DNA of 64,000 bases, taken from contig CAVZMH010000009.1 in the NCBI GenBank assembly GCA_963776345.1, forward strand, positions 8,979 through 72,978, read 5' to 3'. Each line of letters starts with the position of its first letter. Within the stretch, counting starts at the first letter, position 1. Both the position numbers and the translations under genes were made by a program. This DNA is from an uncultured delta proteobacterium. GTDB lineage: Bacteria; Myxococcota; Myxococcia; Myxococcales; Myxococcaceae. Of this stretch, positions 18,478 to 29,425 are shown piece by piece. Under the pieces are notes generated by a model, which saw only the letters and a program-made list of their open reading frames with translations, was not told the DNA's origin and did no database searches.

Positions 18478-19488
18478 ATGCGCATCCTGTCCGGCATCCA
18501 GTCCTCGGGGAAGCAGCACATCGGCAACTACTACGGCGCGCTCCGCCAGTTCGTGGATCTCCAGAACCGCGGCGAGGCGCTCTACTTCATCGCCAACCTG
18601 CACGCCCTGACGACGGTCCGCGACCCGGTGGCGGCCGGCGCGCTCACCCGCGAGACGGCGATGGCCTTCCTCGCGCTCGGGCTCGACCCACGGAAGGCCA
18701 TCCTCTTCCGGCAGAGCGACATCCCCGAGATCCTCGAGCTCTACTGGATCCTCGGGACGGTGGTGCCGCTGTCCAACCTCGACCGCGCGCACAGCTACAA
18801 GGACAAGCTCGCCCGGGGCATCTCCGCCGACTTCGGCCTCTTCGCCTACCCGGTGCTGATGGCCGCCGACATCCTCCTCTACGGCTCGGACCTGGTGCCG
18901 GTGGGGAGGGACCAGGTGCAGCATCTGGAGTTCGCGCGCGACTGGGCCACCAAGTTCAACCTCACCTACGTCCCGGGCTACGACCCCGCGGACCCCTCGG
19001 GCGGCAAGAGCGGAAAGCCCGGCCTCCTCAAGCTCCCCGAGGCGCTGGTGCAGGAGGCCACGGCGGTCGTCCCGGGGACCGACGGCCAGAAGATGTCCAA
19101 GTCGTACAACAACACCATCGACCTCTTCGGCGACGAGGCCGAGGTGAAGAAGCGGATCATGGGCATCAAGACCGACAGCACCCCGGTGGAGGCGCCGAAG
19201 CCCGTGGACACGCCGCTGTACCAGCTCCTCCGGGTCATGCTCCCCGAGAGCGAGTTCGGGCCGGTGGACCGGACCTGGCGAGAGGGCGGGAAGGGCTACG
19301 GCGACTTCAAGAAGACGCTGCTCGCCGCCTACCACGCCACGTTCGGCGAGGCGCGCGCCCGCTACCAGGCGCTGGAGAAGGACCCGGGCTCGGTGGACGC
19401 GATTCTTCGCGCCGGGGCGGAGCGGGCCCGGGCGGTCGCGGCACCGGTCATCGAGCGGGTCCGCCGCGCGGTGGGGATCGAGCGTTGA
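18478..19488 (+). CDS. trpS: Tryptophanyl-tRNA synthetase
   Basis: SGIQSSG, HIGNY, YPVLMAADIL, VPVGRDQVQH, KMSKS. Confidence 0.97.
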   Translation: MRILSGIQSSGKQHIGNYYGALRQFVDLQNRGEALYFIANLHALTTVRDPVAAGALTRETAMAFLALGLDPRKAILFRQSDIPEILELYWILGTVVPLSNLDRAHSYKDKLARGISADFGLFAYPVLMAADILLYGSDLVPVGRDQVQHLEFARDWATKFNLTYVPGYDPADPSGGKSGKPGLLKLPEALVQEATAVVPGTDGQKMSKSYNNTIDLFGDEAEVKKRIMGIKTDSTPVEAPKPVDTPLYQLLRVMLPESEFGPVDRTWREGGKGYGDFKKTLLAAYHATFGEARARYQALEKDPGSVDAILRAGAERARAVAAPVIERVRRAVGIER

Positions 19489-19525
19489 CCCTTCGCGGAC
19501 CGGGCTGGTAGGGCCAGGGCGCACG

Positions 19526-20349
19526 GTGGCCACCCACTCCCAGACCCCGGTCGAGCCGGACGACGTCGCAGGCGGGCGCCGCGCTCCACCCCGGGCTTCA
19601 AGTCAAGCTGCCGAGCTTCGAGGGCCCGCTCGATCTGCTGCTGCATCTCATCCGCGAGCACCGGGTCGACGTCTTCGACATCCCCATCGCGCTCATCGCC
19701 GAGAAGTACAACCAGTCGCTCGCCGAGATGGTGGCCCTGGACCTGGACGTCGCCGGCGAGTTCCTGGTGATGGCGGCCACGCTGGCCCACATCAAGAGCC
19801 GGCTCTTGCTCCCCCGGACCGAGGCGCCGGGCGAGGCGGGCGAGGCCGCCGAGGAGCAGGGCGACCCGCGCGCCGAGCTGGTGCGCCGGCTGCTCGAGTA
19901 CCAGAAGTACAAGGACGTCGCCCGGCAGCTCGCCGAGAACCCGCTCCTCGATCGCGACGTGTTCGTCCGGCGCATCACCCCGGCGGCTGCGGCGCAGGTC
20001 GAGTCGGCGGCGCTGGCCGAGGTGAGCGTGTACCGGCTCATCGAGGCGCTCGACCGGGTGCTCAAGGCGCTCGAGCCGCGGGTCGGCCACGAGGTGGTGC
20101 GCGACCAGCTCACCCTCTCCGCCGCGATGCAGGGCATCACCGGGCGGCTCCAGCCCGGCGAGCGCGTCAGCTTCCTCCAGCTGTTCGAGGGGCAGCGAAC
20201 GCGGGGAGCGGTGATCGTGACCTTCCTCGCGTTGCTGGAAATGGTGAAGCTGCGGCTGGTCCGCGTCCATCAGGATTTGGGAGAGCGGGACATCTGGGTG
20301 TCGGCCGAGGCCGGCGCTCTCGAGAGCGGCACCCCGGAGGTCGACGAGC

Positions 20350-20363
<14 letters not shown>
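19526..20363 (+). CDS. scpA: Segregation and condensation protein A; frameshift near 19590-19601
   Basis: VKLPSFEGPLDLLLHLI (from 19602), EFLVMAATL, FLALLEM; that frame has no start codon upstream of this motif, and the GTG at 19526 is in another frame. Confidence 0.9.
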
Positions 20364-21302
<939 letters not shown>

Positions 21303-21306
<4 letters not shown>

Positions 21307-23100
21307 GCGAGCGGCTGCAGAAGTTCCTGGCCCGGGCCGGCGTGGCATCCCGGCGGCACGCGGAGGGGCTGATCACCGCCGGCCGGGTCAACGTGAACAA
21401 CCAGCCCGTCACCGAGCTCGGCACCAAGGTGGAGCCGACCAATCTGGTGACGGTCGACGGGAAGCTGGTGACCGCGCCCGAGACCACGTCCTGGTACCTG
21501 CTGCACAAGCCGCCCGGGGTGGTGACCACGCTCTCGGACCCCGAGGGGCGGCCCACCGTCGCCGGGCTGCTCCAGGGCGTGGAGCAGCGCGTGTTCCCGG
21601 TGGGGCGGCTGGACTGGGATGCGGAGGGCGCGCTGCTGCTCACCAACGATGGCGCCACCGGGCACCGGCTCCTCCACCCGAGCTTCGAGGTGCCCCGGAC
21701 GTACCTGGTGAAGGTGAAGGGCACGCCGACCGACGAGACGCTGGCCCGGCTGCTGGAGGGCGTGCGGCTCGAGGACGGCCCGGCCCGCGCGCTCCGCGCC
21801 GAGCGGTTCGAGGCGACCGAGAAGAACACCTGGCTGCTGCTCCAAGTCGGCGAGGGTCGGCCCCACCTGGTCAAGCGCCTCTGCGCGGCGGTGGGCCATC
21901 CCGTGGTCCGGCTCTTCCGGCCCGCGCAGGCGAGTATTTCCGTCGCGGGTCTCCAGCCCGGCGAGCTCCGGCCGCTTACCGCGGAGGAGGTCCACCGGGT
22001 CGAGGCCGTGGCCGCCGGCGGCAGCGTGCCGGAGCCCGCGCCGTTCTTGCCCCCTCGCCGGCACGGCCGCGCCGGGGACGGCGACGAGGCTGCGGAGGAC
22101 TTCGAGCCCGGAGCAGGCGCGGCGCCCGGCACCGGCCCGGGTCCGGACGAAGCACGGCGTGCGGGGCCCCGGGCCGGGCGCGGCGGTCACGCGCGTGGGG
22201 CCGGAGCGCGTCCTGGTGCTCGCCCGGGCAACCGTCCGTTCGGGGGCGGGCGCGGCGGCTTCGAGCGCGGCGCCGGGGGGAGGGGCCCACGCGGGGCGCC
22301 CTCGCGCGCTCGCGGCACGTTCGGTGGCGGCGCGCCCGGAGCAGGTCGGGGACACGGCGTCGGATCGCTCGGAGGACGGGGCGCAGAGCGGGGCAGGGGT
22401 CCGCAGGGAGCTCGGTCCGAGGGCCCAGGCGGTTTCGGCGGGCCGAGGCGATCCGGAGGTAGACCGAACGAGGGTCCCAGGGAGGCCCGCCGCGGAACGT
22501 TCGGTGGACCTCGTGGGGGGCGCGGCGCGGCACCCGGCGGCCCAAGGCGGTTCGGAGGTAGACCGATCGAGGGTGGCAGGGACGCCCGCGCGCGGAACGT
22601 TCGGTGGACCTCGTGGCGGGCGCGGCGCGGCACCCGGCGGACCGAGGCGGTTCGGAGGTGGACCGATCGAGGGTGGCAGGGACGCCCGCGGCGGAACGTT
22701 CGGTGGACCTCGTGGCGGGCGCGGCGCGACTCCACGGGCAGGTGGCCGCGGCGCGACACCCGGCGGACCGAGGCGATTCGCAGGCTCGGGCGAGGACGCT
22801 CGTCGAGCACCCTCGGGTCCGCGCGGCTCCTTCGGCCGGGGGCGTGAAGGCTCCAGGCCGGTCGCCGGTGGCGGAGGTCCGCGTCCACCCGGTCGTCCAT
22901 TCGGAGGTCCGCGGTCGACCGGGGGCGCAGCTCGCGGCAGCGGACCGGGTCGCGGAGCCGGACGCCCCCCTGCGCCAGGCCGCGGGCCCGGCGGACGCGG
23001 CCGGTTCGGCGCCCTCCCGCGCGGAGGCGGCGATCGACGGCCCCGGCCCGGCGGACCACGCGGTGGAGGTGCAGGTGGGAGAGGCGGCGGCCGGCGCTGA
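21303..23100 (+). CDS. rluB: 23S rRNA pseudouridine synthase (RluB/RsuA family) with a long RGG-rich tail; +1 frameshift near 22590
   Basis: ERLQKFLARAGVASRR S4 domain, HKPPG, VGRLDWD, EGRPH; the tail continues in the frame ending at 23100. Confidence 0.9.
22442..22735 (+). repeat. 99-bp (33-aa) tandem repeat, 3 copies, in the rluB tail
   Basis: Units start at 22442, 22541 and 22641; shared core GGAACGTTCGGTGGACCTCGTGG; second copy is 100 bp. Confidence 0.9.
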
Positions 23101-23149
23101 ACCGGCCCTCACGGCCGGTCGTCGAGTGAGGTAAAACCCCGTCCCATCG

Positions 23150-24940
23150 ATGGATCCTGCCCGGCTCAAAGCCGACGCCGGTGCGGCCCTGGCCGCAGGA
23201 CAGTTCTCGCGCGCGGCCTCGCTGTACGCGGCGTACTGCTCCAGCGCTCCCCGGGACCGGCAGTCGCACCTGCGGCTGGGTGACGCCTGGGCGCGCGCCG
23301 GCGACACGCCCCGCGCCATCGATGCCTACCTGGCGGCCGCCCGGGGCTTCGCGGAGGACGGGTTCCTCGCCCGGGCCATCGCCGCGAGCAAGCTGGTCCT
23401 GGATCTGGACCCGAACCACACCCAGATGCAGCGCATCCTCGCGGACCTCTACGCCAAGCGCGCGGCCGGCGGACAGGCGCTCCGGACGCTGCTCGGGAAG
23501 CCGGAGCCGGGGCGGGACGCACCGCTCCCGGTTCGCCCGTTCGCGCCGCTCGCCGCCGAGGCGCCCGCGGTCATCGAGGCCGGCACCCCCAGGCCCGGCC
23601 CCCCGCCCGTGGAGGCCGCGCGGCCGCCCGAGGCTGCCGAGCTGATGGTGACCGAGTACATGCTCGAGCCGGATCCCCAGGAGACGACGCTCGAGGAGGT
23701 CCTCCGGACCGCGGCCGACCGCCGGCTGGACACCCCGGTGCCCCTGGGGCCGCCGGCCGCCGCGGCGCCGGCTCCCGCGGTGGCCGCCCCCCCGATGGGT
23801 GAGTCCGGGATACCTCCGGCCCCGCTCCCGACCCCCGCGCCGGCGCCGGTGCCCCGCTTCGTCGAGCTGAGCCTCGAGGACGCGGGCGGCCTCGAGGGCG
23901 TCGAGCTGCCACCGGCGCCGTCTCCCCCCGCCACCGGCGAGCCGGGAACGGACCCGGGCTACATCGATCTCCAGCTCGACGAGGACCCACCTGCGCCGGC
24001 CGAGCCCGCCCCGCTCGCGCTCGACCCGGGTCCGCTGATCCACGCGCTCGAGCAGGCCGCGGAGCTCGCTCCGGTGGAGCCGACGCTGGCCCGGAACCCC
24101 TTCGTCGCTCCCGTCGCGCGCAACGTGCCCCGGGCGCCGCTCTTCTCCGACCTCTCGCCCGAGGCCTTCATCGAGCTGCTGGAGCGCTGCCCTCTCCGCC
24201 GCTTCGAGGCGGGCGACCGCATCCTCCAGCAGGGCGATCCGGGCGACAGCTTCTACGTCATCTGCGAGGGGCGGGTCTCGGTCCTCCGCGAGGACGACGG
24301 GCTCGCGCACCCGGTGGCGGCGCTGGAGGCGGGGGAGTTCTTCGGCGAGGTCGCGCTCCTGGCGGGCGGGCCCAGGACCGCCTCGGTGTACGCGCTGACC
24401 GACGACACCCAGGTGCTGGAGATCTCCGGCGAGCTGCTCATGGACCTCGCCCGCCGTCACCCGGGGGTCGCCTCGGCGCTCAAGACGTTCTGCCGGCAAC
24501 GGCTGCTCAGCAACCTGCTGTCCACCTCGGCGCTCTTCCGGCCGCTGGATCGAGGCGAGCGGCGGGAGCTCGCCACCCGCTTCCGGGCGCGCGACGCGCT
24601 CGCCGGCGAGGTGGTCATCACCCAGGGCGCCGCGGGCGACGGCCTCTACGTGGTGCTCGCCGGCGAGGTCGAGGTGGTGCGCGACGGCGGGGTGGCCGGC
24701 ACGCTCGGTCCCGGGGACGTCTTCGGCGAGATGTCGCTCCTCGACGGGGTGCCTGCCAACGCCTCGGTGCGAACGCTGCGCCGCACCTCGCTCCTCCGGT
24801 TGCCGGCGAGCGAGCTGGCCTCGGTCCTCGAGCGCTACCCGGCGGTGCGCGCCCACCTCGAGGCGCTCCGCGACGCGCGCGCGGAGATCAACGCCCGGCT
24901 CCCGCTCACCCCGGACGACGAGCCGCTCTTCGTGGTCTGA
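23150..24940 (+). CDS. TPR protein with Pro-rich linker and two cyclic-nucleotide-binding domains
   Basis: N-terminal TPR-like helices; GEFFGEVALLAGGPRTASV and GDVFGEMSLL cNMP cassettes. Confidence 0.88.
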   Translation: MDPARLKADAGAALAAGQFSRAASLYAAYCSSAPRDRQSHLRLGDAWARAGDTPRAIDAYLAAARGFAEDGFLARAIAASKLVLDLDPNHTQMQRILADLYAKRAAGGQALRTLLGKPEPGRDAPLPVRPFAPLAAEAPAVIEAGTPRPGPPPVEAARPPEAAELMVTEYMLEPDPQETTLEEVLRTAADRRLDTPVPLGPPAAAAPAPAVAAPPMGESGIPPAPLPTPAPAPVPRFVELSLEDAGGLEGVELPPAPSPPATGEPGTDPGYIDLQLDEDPPAPAEPAPLALDPGPLIHALEQAAELAPVEPTLARNPFVAPVARNVPRAPLFSDLSPEAFIELLERCPLRRFEAGDRILQQGDPGDSFYVICEGRVSVLREDDGLAHPVAALEAGEFFGEVALLAGGPRTASVYALTDDTQVLEISGELLMDLARRHPGVASALKTFCRQRLLSNLLSTSALFRPLDRGERRELATRFRARDALAGEVVITQGAAGDGLYVVLAGEVEVVRDGGVAGTLGPGDVFGEMSLLDGVPANASVRTLRRTSLLRLPASELASVLERYPAVRAHLEALRDARAEINARLPLTPDDEPLFVV

Positions 24941-24960
24941 CCTCTGGAGACTCGACGCCC

Positions 24961-25887
24961 GTGACCCTCCGCCTCGCCGCCTCCGTCCTCACTCTCGCCC
25001 TCGCCGGCTGCGCGCACACCGTGCTGGAAGGGAGCGACCTCGACCGGGTCCAGCACCCGGCATTCGTCTCCCGGGTGGCCGACGAGGCCGGGCCTCGCGT
25101 CTCGGTCTACCGGTCCGACTCCGCCCAGGCCTCGAAGCTGGTGGGCACCTCGCCGGAGGCTGCCGACCGGAAGGTCGAGGAGAGCCTCCGGCCGGTGCTC
25201 TCGCGCTTCGAGGCGGCCGAGCGGCTGCGCTCCCACGTGCACGCCGCCATCCAGTCGGAGCGGCCCTGGTCCCAGGCGGTGCCCCCTTCCCAGGTGGCCA
25301 GCGCCCTGGAGACGTTCCTGGTCCAGGAGGAGCCCTCGACCGCGCCGGACTACGGGCGGCTCCGTCCGCTCGGGGCGGATTCGGTGGTCGAGTTCGTCAT
25401 CGAGGAGTTCGGGGTCCGCACCGAGAAGGGCGTGCCCCAGACGTGGGTGCGGGGCACCGGTCGGATGTTCCGTCTCGGCGACGGTGGCGAGCTGTGGCGG
25501 AGCGGGTTCTCGGGAACGTCGACCGAGGCCGGGCTCCCTCCGCTCGACCCCTCGACGCTCGGCAGCAACCCCCGGCCGTTCCGGGAACAGATGGTCGCGG
25601 TGCTCGACTCGGTCTCCGTCCGGCTGGCCCGGCAGCTGAGCCCGGCCAACCGCGCGGGCGGCGCGCCGACGCCGCCGGGCACCGAGGAGCTCCGGACGCC
25701 ATCGGACGCCCGGACGCCGCTGGAGAAGGAGATCGACAAGTCGAAGGCCGCCCCGCCCCCCGACGCGACCGCCCCGACCGACATCCCGGTCGACGTCGGC
25801 TCGAAGAAGAAGACGCCCCGGTCCTCCACGCCGCCGCCCGACGCGACCGCGCCGACCGAGGTCCCGGTGGACCCGAAGAAGAAGTGA
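24961..25887 (+). CDS. Hypothetical lipoprotein with duplicated C-terminal PPPDATAPT.PVD..KKK motif
   Basis: Lipobox LAGC; GC3-consistent frame. Confidence 0.8.
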   Translation: MTLRLAASVLTLALAGCAHTVLEGSDLDRVQHPAFVSRVADEAGPRVSVYRSDSAQASKLVGTSPEAADRKVEESLRPVLSRFEAAERLRSHVHAAIQSERPWSQAVPPSQVASALETFLVQEEPSTAPDYGRLRPLGADSVVEFVIEEFGVRTEKGVPQTWVRGTGRMFRLGDGGELWRSGFSGTSTEAGLPPLDPSTLGSNPRPFREQMVAVLDSVSVRLARQLSPANRAGGAPTPPGTEELRTPSDARTPLEKEIDKSKAAPPPDATAPTDIPVDVGSKKKTPRSSTPPPDATAPTEVPVDPKKK

Positions 25888-25916
25888 GCCCTGCTGTCGG
25901 CCGGCCGTGCGGTCGG

Positions 25917-25946
25917 ACGGCTCTCTGAACGGCTCTCTGGTAGTCT
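25917..25946 (+). promoter_or_regulatory. Tandem direct repeat ACGGCTCTCTG x2 next to a TAGTCT -10-like hexamer before rtcA
   Basis: Copies at 25917-25927 and 25929-25939; TAGTCT at 25941-25946. Confidence 0.4.
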
Positions 25947-25961
25947 CGCTGGCTCCGTTCC

Positions 25962-27014
25962 GTGTCCGCGCACGCTCCCATCACCGTCGACGGCTCCGCC
26001 GGCGGTCAGTCGCTGCGAACGGCCCTGACCCTGTCCCTGGTCACGCAGAGGCCGTTCCGGGTGGAGTCGTTCTGCGCCGCGCGCCTCGCGCCCGGGCTAC
26101 GGCCGAGGCACCTGGGGCTCCTGCGCGCCGCCGAGGCGCTCGGCGGGCGGGTCGAGGGCGGGCAGGCCGGGGCGCTGAGCTTCTCCTTCCAGCCACGACC
26201 GGTGGCCGCGGGGAGCCACGTGCTCGAGCTGGGGGCCTCGGCGCCGGCCTGCCTGGTCTTCCAGTGCCTCTTCTACCCCCTGGCGCTCGCCGGGGGCGGC
26301 GAGCTGCGCCTGATGGGGCTTACCCATGCGCCGAAGGGCCCGACCTACCACCATCTGGCCTGGGTCTGGCTGCCGCTGCTCGAGGCGTACGGGCTCCGGG
26401 CCACGCTCTCGCTGCAGCGGGCGGGGTTCTGGCCCGAGGGGGTGGGCGAGTTCCGGGGCCTGGTGCAGACGCCCACCGAGCCGCCGCTGCGGGTCGAGGT
26501 CCCCGCCCGGGGAACGCTCCAGGACGTGGAGATCCGGAGCCTGGTCGGCGGCGTCCCCTTCGACGTGGCCGCGCGCCAGGCCCGGGCCGCGGAGAACGCG
26601 CTCCGCGAGCGAGGCATCTACAGCCACGCCGAGAACCTGCCGCTCCCGGTGGGGAAGACGCCTGGCACGCTGGTCTTCATCCGAGCCCAGTTCGAGAACA
26701 CCTTCGCCGCCTTCGCCGCGGTGGGCGACCGGGGCACCTCGCCCGAGGACGTGGGGAGCAAGGCGGCACACGCGCTCGCCGACTTCATGCAATCGCCCGG
26801 AGCGCTCGACGAGCACCTGGCGGATCAGATCCTCCTTCCGGCCGGGCTGCTCGCCTCGGGGAGGCTCGGGGCGTCGTCCCCGGGCATCACCCGCTTCACC
26901 GCGGCGCGCATCACCCCGCACCTCCGGGTCACGGCCGCCTTGCTCCAGGAGTTCCTCCCCGTGCGGGTGGAGCTCCAGGAGACCGGAGAGGTCGTGGTCG
27001 CGCCGCGCGGGTGA
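25962..27014 (+). CDS. rtcA: RNA 3'-terminal phosphate cyclase (divergent)
   Basis: GGQSLRTAL, PGLRPRHL, GFWPEGVGE, DEHLADQ, TPHL. Confidence 0.88.
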   Translation: MSAHAPITVDGSAGGQSLRTALTLSLVTQRPFRVESFCAARLAPGLRPRHLGLLRAAEALGGRVEGGQAGALSFSFQPRPVAAGSHVLELGASAPACLVFQCLFYPLALAGGGELRLMGLTHAPKGPTYHHLAWVWLPLLEAYGLRATLSLQRAGFWPEGVGEFRGLVQTPTEPPLRVEVPARGTLQDVEIRSLVGGVPFDVAARQARAAENALRERGIYSHAENLPLPVGKTPGTLVFIRAQFENTFAAFAAVGDRGTSPEDVGSKAAHALADFMQSPGALDEHLADQILLPAGLLASGRLGASSPGITRFTAARITPHLRVTAALLQEFLPVRVELQETGEVVVAPRG

Positions 27015-27085
27015 GCCCTGCCGGGGCCGATCACCCCGGGGCAAATCGGGGGGCCGGGATCGACGCGGCCGAGTAAGAAAGGCGG

Positions 27086-28810
27086 GTGCTCCGCCTCCCG
27101 ATCGTCGCGCTGGTCAACCTGGTGCTGCTGCTGGCGGCGGTGGTGCGCGCACCGTTCCGGCTGCTCGGGCGCCGGCGCGCGCCAGTGTACGTCCGCTTCC
27201 TGCTGAAGGGGGACCCGCCGTACCGCCAGCCGCTCCAGCGTCGGTGGCCGTGGCGGCCTGAGCGTCACGCGCCGGGGCAGGTCACCTCGCTCCACCTGCT
27301 CGACGACGCGCTGGACACGCTCGCCGCCGACCCGGCGGTCAAGGGCGTCGTCCTCGAGGTCGAGTCGCTGGACATGCCGGCGGGGAAGCGCGCCTGGGTC
27401 GCCGAGCGGCTCGCCGCCTTCCGGACCCGGGGCAGGGAGGTGGTCGGCACGGCGGTGAGCGCCGGCAACGCCGAGTACGCGCTGCTCTGCGCCGCCGACC
27501 GCATCGCGCTTCCCCGCGCCGGACGCCTCGAGCTCGCCGGCTTTCTCGTCGAGGCGACCGCGGCCGGGAGGGCCTTCGAGCAGCTCGGTATCCGCCCCGA
27601 GTTCGTGCGCCGGGGCGAGCACAAGACCGCCCCCGAGCTCTTCATCCGGGCGGAGGTCTCGCCCAACCACCGCGCCGCGCTCGAGCAGTTTCTCGACGAG
27701 CGGCACGCCGAGCTCGTGGAGAGCGTGGCCCGCGGCCGGCGGCTGACGCCCGAGGAGGCACGGGCCAGGGTGGACCAGGGTCCGTACAGCGCCGCCCGCG
27801 CGCGGGCGCTCGGCCTGGTGGACCTCCTCGCCGACGATCTGGAGCTCCCCGCGGCCCTGGGCCTCGAGGCCGACGAGGACCGGGCGCTCGCCGGCACGGC
27901 GGGCATCGGCACCTTCCGCGACTGGGAGCGGTCGCGCTGGCTGCCGCGGGTCCGGTGGAGGGAGTGGCGGCGGCCCACGCGGCTGGCCGTCATCCCGGTG
28001 TCGGGGATGATCGCCCAGGCGCCGTCCGGTGCGCCCCCGGTGGGCCCCAGCGTCGCCGGCTCGGAGACCCTGGTGGCGGGGCTCCGCGCCGCAGCACGCG
28101 ACCGGCGGAGCCCGGCGGCGGTGCTGTACGTCAACAGCCCCGGAGGCAGCGCGCTCGCCTCGGAGCTGGTGCTGGCCGAGGTGCGGCGGCTCGCCGCGCG
28201 CAAGCCGGTCATCGCCTACGTGGACCGGGTGGCCGCCTCGGGCGGGTACATGGTCGCGCTCGGAGCCAAGGAGATCTGGGCCAGCCCGGGGAGCATCCTC
28301 GGCAGCATCGGGGTGTTCGCCGGCAAGTTCGACCTCTCGCCCTTGCTCGCCCGGGCCGGTGTGCACCGGGAGGTGCTGTCCCGGGGGAAGCACGCCGGGC
28401 TCCTCACCTCGGCGCGCTCGCTGTCCACCGAGGAGCGCGCAGCGCTCGAGGCGGAGGTGGAGGAGATCTACACCCGGTTCGTGGAGCTGGTCTCGGAGCA
28501 CCGGCGGCTCGCACCCGAGGTGGTGCGGGCCCGCGGCGAGGGCCAGGTGTACACCGCGGCCCGGGCGCGAGAGGCGGGCCTCCTGGACACGCTCGGCTCC
28601 TTCGAGGGCGCCTGCGCCCGCGCCTTCGCCCTCGCCGGCCGCGCGCCGCGCCGCTTCGAGCTGCACCCGTTCGGGCTTCCGCGGCGGCGCTTCCCCCTCC
28701 TGTCGCTGCTCCGGAACGCGCTCGCCCCGGCGGTGTACGCGCTGTGGTGGCCGACGTGGACCGCCCCCGGGCTCCGGGGCAGCGAGGACTTCGGGGTGGC
28801 CGGCGAGTAG
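27086..28810 (+). CDS. sppA: Signal peptide peptidase SppA (two S49 domains)
   Basis: GEHKTAPE, NSPGGSALASE, VAASGGY, GSIGVF. Confidence 0.92.
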   Translation: MLRLPIVALVNLVLLLAAVVRAPFRLLGRRRAPVYVRFLLKGDPPYRQPLQRRWPWRPERHAPGQVTSLHLLDDALDTLAADPAVKGVVLEVESLDMPAGKRAWVAERLAAFRTRGREVVGTAVSAGNAEYALLCAADRIALPRAGRLELAGFLVEATAAGRAFEQLGIRPEFVRRGEHKTAPELFIRAEVSPNHRAALEQFLDERHAELVESVARGRRLTPEEARARVDQGPYSAARARALGLVDLLADDLELPAALGLEADEDRALAGTAGIGTFRDWERSRWLPRVRWREWRRPTRLAVIPVSGMIAQAPSGAPPVGPSVAGSETLVAGLRAAARDRRSPAAVLYVNSPGGSALASELVLAEVRRLAARKPVIAYVDRVAASGGYMVALGAKEIWASPGSILGSIGVFAGKFDLSPLLARAGVHREVLSRGKHAGLLTSARSLSTEERAALEAEVEEIYTRFVELVSEHRRLAPEVVRARGEGQVYTAARAREAGLLDTLGSFEGACARAFALAGRAPRRFELHPFGLPRRRFPLLSLLRNALAPAVYALWWPTWTAPGLRGSEDFGVAGE

Positions 28811-28824
28811 GCTCGGCCGCCAGC

Positions 28825-29394
28825 GTGTCCGCGCGCGCCGTCGCCCTCTTCCTGTCGCTCGCCGCCGCCTGCACCACGGCGCCGCCCCACGGTTCACCGG
28901 CCGAGGCCTACCTGGCCGCGCTCGAGCGGGCCGACCTGGACACCGCCTGGTCCCTCACCTCGACGCGCTTCCGTGAGGGCACCGACCGCGCCGCCTTCGA
29001 GGCTCGGCTCTCGGACCCGGCCGCCCGCGCAGCGCACGTGGCCCGGGTGCGCGCGGCGCTCGCGCAGGCCGCGCCGGAGCTCCTCGACGTTCCCCCTCCC
29101 TCCGGCCAGCCGGCCGAGGCCGTCCGGGCGCTGGTGCGGGCTGCCCGGGCGGGGGACTTCGCCGAGGCCTGGCGCTGGCTCGCCGCGCCCGAGCGGGGGC
29201 GCTACACGCCCGAGCGCCTCGCCCGGGACTTCCAGGCGGCGCCCGGGACCGAGCTGCGCCTGTCGCGGGCCCTCGCCGCGGTGGAGCGCCCCGGCGAGAG
29301 CGCGGGCGGGGAGACGCGCTGGCCGTTACCGGGCGGCGGCGTGGTCCGGGTGGTCCTCGAGGACGGGGCTCCCCGGGTGCTGGCGCTGGAGTGA
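28825..29394 (+). CDS. Hypothetical lipoprotein
   Basis: GTG start, lipobox LAAAC, two short repeated helical segments (AWSLTS / AWRWLA). Confidence 0.65.
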   Translation: MSARAVALFLSLAAACTTAPPHGSPAEAYLAALERADLDTAWSLTSTRFREGTDRAAFEARLSDPAARAAHVARVRAALAQAAPELLDVPPPSGQPAEAVRALVRAARAGDFAEAWRWLAAPERGRYTPERLARDFQAAPGTELRLSRALAAVERPGESAGGETRWPLPGGGVVRVVLEDGAPRVLALE

Positions 29395-29425
29395 GGGGTT
29401 TGAAAAACCTGGTATGGGGGCAACC

